Assembly: GCA_964016885.1 (NCBI GenBank)
Contig: OZ024742.1
Span: forward strand, 227,354,001 to 227,418,000
DNA length: 64,000 nt
Source: Eledone cirrhosa
Lineage: Eukaryota
Direction of reading: 5' to 3'
This document shows, one piece after another, positions 58,446-64,000 of this stretch. Made by a program: the position numbers and the translations under genes. The first letter of the stretch is position 1. Each line of letters starts with the position of its first letter. Below the pieces are notes generated by a model. It worked only from the letters and a program-made list of their open reading frames with translations. It had not been told where the DNA came from and did no database searches.

Positions 58446-58558
58446 TATACATAATATATAAGAACAAAAGATGGTTAAAAGAGTTCCATGTATTTTATGC
58501 GCATAATAAAATACATGGAACTCTTTTAACCATCTTTTGTTCTTATATATTATATATA
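58446..58558. repeat. Fold-back of an HHR 3' tail
   Basis: Palindrome whose arms match the tail of the 46942-47012 HHR. Confidence 0.85.
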
Positions 58559-58698
58559 TTTATATGTAGAAGTTGTATTTAATTTGTTGGGATTCCAACA
58601 AACTTAAAAGTTTATAACTGATATAGAGCACTAAACAGATTACTGGAGTACATATTCAATATATTAATAAATGGAAACTATATTTATAAAACCATAAT

Positions 58699-58763
58699 TA
58701 TTTTATTATATGTATTTCAAGGGCGACCAAGCCAATCTTGGTGCGCTTTCATCAGATAAAATA
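58699..58763 (-). ncRNA. Type I hammerhead ribozyme (left arm of palindrome)
   Basis: Reverse complement of 58799-58863. Confidence 0.88.
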
Positions 58764-58798
58764 CAAAATTTGTTATAAAACAAATAAAACAAATTTTG

Positions 58799-58863
58799 TA
58801 TTTTATCTGATGAAAGCGCACCAAGATTGGCTTGGTCGCCCTTGAAATACATATAATAAAATA
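58799..58863 (+). ncRNA. Type I hammerhead ribozyme (right arm of palindrome)
   Basis: tattttat-CTGATGA-aagcgcaccaag attgg cttggtcgccctt-GAAAT acat ATA-ataaaata. Confidence 0.88.
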
Positions 58864-58894
58864 ATTATAGTTTTATAAATATAGTTTCCATTTA

Positions 58895-58938
<44 letters not shown>

Positions 58939-59107
58939 GTATAGGATTATCCAAGATGTAGTAATGGTTAATTACTACACTGGATATGGTTGACGTACGG
59001 TAAGAGGTTACTCTACGAGTTATGGAAGAATTGTTGAAGAAACTTAGTTCCTGATCCTTCGGTATTCCGGAGTGTATATAAAGAATGAATAATAACAGGT
59101 AGACATC

Positions 59108-59138
<31 letters not shown>

Positions 59139-59139
<1 letters not shown>

Positions 59140-59739
59140 GGTGGCTGCCAACTCGTTTTCGAGTACGGCCACTACTTTATATCCATGTAGAACTCCTACC
59201 GATGCGCTGAACAAGTGTGACTTTTTAGTCCAGACAGCGACTTGAAAACTCTGGTACAAACACTACACTTGTGACAATTATTGACACATAGTGCTGGGCC
59301 CATGGTACCATGTGACAAGTGCAGAGAGATCTCCAGATATAAAGCAATGCCTGTGCCGTGAAGCTTTTATAGTGAGCAAAGGCACTGCACAAAGCCAGTC
59401 CCACTCTCTTAACCAAGATGATATTTACCAAAAAGAAGAACAAGTCAACATCATTGGATACCATCAGGGTTGCAGGTGTTATATCAGAGTTTTCCTTCTC
59501 CTAGAATTCTGCCTTGACAAAGGCTAAGGGGTCATCTCTCCCGGTGATTTTGGATGGCCATTGACTCTTAAGAGCTCCTTTGCGCTTTGACAGGTTTTGT
59601 TTTTAGTCCTGCAGGATGTCCAGAGTCACCCTCCTCACCAAGAAACCTTGGTGAGGTTGCCAGTTTAGTCGCCAACGACTCGACCATGAGACAGGTTGTA
59701 CTGGGATACATGTTACCAGTAGCACCAACTGGTGACCTG

Positions 59740-59742
<3 letters not shown>
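59139..59742 (-). mobile_element. Apparently full-length RTE-derived bipartite non-autonomous element
   Basis: Structured 5' leader, CTAGGAGAAGGAAAACTCTGA, and tail TACTCGAAAACGAGTTGGCAGCCACCAT followed by (AT)n. Confidence 0.75.
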
Positions 59743-59788
<46 letters not shown>

Positions 59789-61449
59789 ACAGCCTAGCTA
59801 AAATTTTAGATTTTGTAATTATTGTAAAGTATTGTCTCATCCACTTTGTTTTTTGCAATAGTTTCAGTCTATTGCATCAACATCCTCAATATTAACAGGC
59901 TGTGAGGTGTCGTGTCAGTGGAGACTTCTTGTCTTCTTGGCCCTAGGGCCACCTCCCTACTCACCACCATCGGCACAGGTGTGAGCCCCGCGAGCTGGAA
60001 TGGCTGTTTCAGTGAGTCTCCGTCACCATCCTCCGGGGAAATGCCTTCTTTATTCTGTCCGCCGGGGCTGCGGGGTGGCCAGCGCGTGGGCCCCCAATTA
60101 CTCATAATAGTGAGAGATGGGGAAATCGGGAGGGACGGAGACAGTGACAGTGGGTGTTTGGTTCCTTTGTGTCCGGACCTGGTGTATATGTATGTGGCTA
60201 TGAGGTTATTCTAGAGGATTTTTTTGGTTTTGTTAATATACATACGTCAAGAGTGGACTAAACACCATTACTTTCTGATATTCAAAGAACCCAGATAGTA
60301 CCTTGATGTGACACATATTACTCAGACGGTGAGGTTTATGTTAAAATGGGTTGGTAGACAAATAGCCACCCAGTGCAAACTTCTTACTTAAGGATGTACT
60401 GATCAAATAACTTTCATAGGAATATTACTAGGCTCTTATATTCAACATCCTCCGTAGTAATGAAGCGGTCAAGGAGGCAAAAGATGAACATACAAAATAT
60501 TAGTTTTACTAGTTTATAGCGAACTTAATGTCTGAAATAATGGCTTGAATAAAATTGATGTTTTTAAATAAGCAGACCTACAAAATGAGGAGATTTTACA
60601 TAATTGTTTCTATTTTAGGCCCAAGGCCAGCAAATACTCAGTACATTACTGGTACTTTATTTTATCGACCTCGTAAGGATGAAAGGCAAAGTTAACCTCG
60701 GCGGGATTTGAACTCAGATCGTAAAGGGACGTAACTCTTTGCGTCAAAGCATGGTATCCAACTCTCTACCGATACTGCCAATCCACCGAATATTAATAAT
60801 ATTATGATGGCAGTATCGTTAGAGGTTCGGACGCCACGCTTTGCAGCATAGAATTACGTCCCTTTACGGTCTGAGTTCAAATCCCACCGAGGTTAACTTT
60901 GCCTTTCATCCTTACGGCGTCGATAAAATAAAGAACCAGTAATGCACTGTGATAATTGCTGACCTTGTCCCAAGAGTAGAAACAATTATTATTGAACTCA
61001 GATCATAAAGGGACGTAACTATATGCTTCAAAGCATGGTGTCCGACTCTCTACCGATACTGCCAATCCACGCTATACCCATTTTCACAAGAGAAGACATC
61101 TCTCACCCACCTTAAAGTGGGTGGGGGATCTCCCCGTGGGACGGGGAGAGTTGACAGATATATAATTGAGCATTAAATTCTATTTGAATTTTATACGATG
61201 TTACCTTCATTTTTGTGAAATATCGTAGGGTGGTCTTAAACTTTGGTGCATGAATGTATGAGCATTTATATACATATATGTGTGTGTGATATATATATAT
61301 GTATGTGTGTGTGTGTGTTACGTAATTCCAAAAGAAAAGCAAAGGAAAAAAGAGTGCTGTATATATAGGACAGAGCTATTTAATTAGAAAATAAACAACA
61401 CAAAATATAACTACTAGACGTATATATTATTATCGTATATATATATATA

Positions 61450-63030
61450 CAGTGCCCCCGCAAAAGTTTACAAGACATTAGGAAAAATGCGGTTTTAGGT
61501 ATTTTTAATAAAGTTAGGGTAATGAAAATTTAACTATTGATAGAACATATAATGAGGCATATAAATACAATTATATTTTTAAAAAAATAACAAGGAAATA
61601 ACTCATGAAGAAAAATCAATATTTTTATAACGCAAAAGTTTACAACATATTTATTACATCATCTCTTAATATTTTGTAGCGTAACCTTTGTTGCTAATTA
61701 CAGCCTGTAGGCGTTTGGAGTAGCCTCCTACAAACTTCTTGGCTAATAGTTTTCCATTCTTCACAACAAATTTTCTTTAGTTCAGGGATATTTTGGGGTT
61801 TCCTTTTTTGAATTCTGAGTTTCAGTTCTCTCCACAAATTTTTGATCGGGTTAAGATCTGGAGACTGACATGGCCATTTTAGAACATTTATTCCATTCGT
61901 ACTTAACCAAGATTGTGTTAGCTTTGCAGTATGCTTTGGATCGTTGTCTTGTTGAAAAAACCAAACTGGCTTTAAGCTGAGAGAATGTGCACTTTGATGT
62001 AAATTCCATTGCAAAATACCTCTATAATAAGCGCCATCCATTCTTCCTTCTATTATTTCAATATTTCCTACACCTGTGGCACTAAAGCAACCCCAGACCA
62101 TGACTGATCCACCTCCAAATTTTACAGTTGGAATAGTATTCTTCAGCGAATATTCAGTACCTTTCTTTCTCCAGACTTTTGTCACAGCATTTCGACCAAA
62201 AAGTTCAATTTTTGTTTCGTCTGACCAAAGTACATCTTCCCAAAATGACGCAGGTTTGATGAGATGCTCATTTGCAAAGTTTAATCGACGAAGAACGTGT
62301 TTCCTCGTAAGAAGTGGTGTTTTCCTTGGAGACCTCGAGAAGATATCATATCGATGTAGTGAACGACTAATTGTATCTGCTCACTTTTACTCCACTTTCT
62401 TCTAGGTCATCCTAAAGATTTTAATGAGTACACCGGGGTTCGTTGCCAACCTTTCTCGTCAATAACCGAGCTGCACGTTCCGTTATCTTTCTAGGACGAC
62501 CAGAACTAATTAGAGGACAGATGGAATGATGAGATTTCCAGTGACGAATTATAGTACTAACTGAACTCAATGGCACATTTAACTGACAAGATATCTTTCT
62601 ATAACCAACACCATTTGTATGAAGGTCTACAATGCGTTTACAGAGGTCTTGATCAATCAGTTTATTTTTCCCCATATTGTCAATGTTTACAGGATGGTTG
62701 TCAGACAAATAATGACGTAATGTTTTTAATAGTCCTTAGAAGTTACCTTAAACCTAATCTAGAACATTCTACTGAATTTTAAATCTGAAAATTTAAGAAT
62801 TTTCTTGAAAAAAAGCGATAAATATAAAATGTGTTGTAAACTTTTGCGTTATAAAAATATTGATTTTTCTTCATGAGTTATTTCCTTGTTATTTTTTTTA
62901 AAATATGATTGTATCATTAAATGCCTCACTATATGTTCTATCAGTAGTTACATTTTCATTACCCTAACTTTATTAAAAATACCTAAAACCGCATTTTTCC
63001 TAATGTGTTGTAAACTTTTGCGGGGCATTG
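61450..63030 (-). mobile_element. Tc1 transposon with ~200-bp IR/DR-type TIRs
   Basis: CAGTGCCCCGCAAAAGTTTACAA termini in TA; internal repeat GCAAAAGTTTACAACA. Confidence 0.95.
61666..62675 (-). pseudogene. Tc1 transposase, frameshifted, catalytic E replaced by K
   Basis: MGKNK..GRPRK; WSDETK; GGGSVMVWGCF; QQDNDPKH; SPDLNPIKN; GYATKY*. Confidence 0.92.
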
Positions 63031-63061
<31 letters not shown>

Positions 63062-63068
63062 ATAATAT

Positions 63069-63146
<78 letters not shown>

Positions 63147-63200
63147 CACACACACATACACATATATATATATACAGTGCCCCGCAAAAGTTTACAACAC

Positions 63201-63238
<38 letters not shown>

Positions 63239-63242
<4 letters not shown>

Positions 63243-63325
63243 AACCAGTAAGACCCCGACAGCTGAGCTCAAGCCGTTTCGTCGAAACGGCTTGAGCTCA
63301 GCTGTCGGGGTCTTACTGGTTCCTA
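63239..63325. repeat. Perfect palindrome containing the 3' half of an HHR in each arm
   Basis: GAAAC-ggct tgagctc agct-GTC-gggg on both strands, with a 1-nt centre. Confidence 0.8.
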
Positions 63326-63402
63326 TTACCCACTCTACTACCTCAAGTATTGAGTACTTTGGTGCGTTATGGTCCACCTGGTTCCTTACCACATTTCCTT
63401 CG

Positions 63403-63508
<106 letters not shown>

Positions 63509-64000
63509 TGTGTGTGTGTATAAATAAGGCCTCCAATTACCCAAACCTGAATGTGAATACATCTAGAACAAACCAAAGCTATCCACAATTTCAAGCAAAC
63601 ATAACTCATAAAGCCACATACGACCTCACACAACAGTCACCCACCACATAAGGAAAGTAAACCATACTCGACCTTCTAAACCACACCCCAACCTTCCCGG
63701 CAAAACAACCGCCGACCTGCCACAATACTGGTGTGGGGATGACGGATGTCATAAGGCTGCAACCGTCGAGTTACGTAGTTCAATGAAATAATCTGTAATA
63801 TATAAGGAATTACACCAGTCCAGCCTCCTGCTATTTTATAATAATTAACTCCGTACTCCCACCACCAACTACACAAACGAAGACGGGGGAGTTGCATTAC
63901 GTTGGGTGCTCTCCATAATATTACATCGGGGTTGACCATACGGAATGACCAATTCTATCCAGTGGTAAACCAACAAACCTAAATAAATAAATAAATATAT

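Overview
AT-rich, microsatellite-dense metazoan DNA. The SINE families resemble those of Octopus (inference from recall, not a search). No intact host gene is visible, and nearly all listed ORFs are microsatellite artefacts or transposon relics. The relics are Penelope-like elements (PLEs), R4/Dong, Tx1/L1, RTE and CRE retrotransposons, hAT and Tc1 DNA transposons, a Helitron, MITEs and many SINEs. The most striking signal is RNA-level: about 10 recognisable type I hammerhead ribozyme (HHR) motifs plus several decayed ones. They include a 419-bp-period non-coding retrozyme-like insertion with a target duplication. There is also a series of fold-back (inverted) insertions of consistent polarity whose centres lie at or near the ribozyme, one at the predicted cleavage site. 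Coordinates were counted by eye, so TE boundaries may be off by a few to tens of bp.
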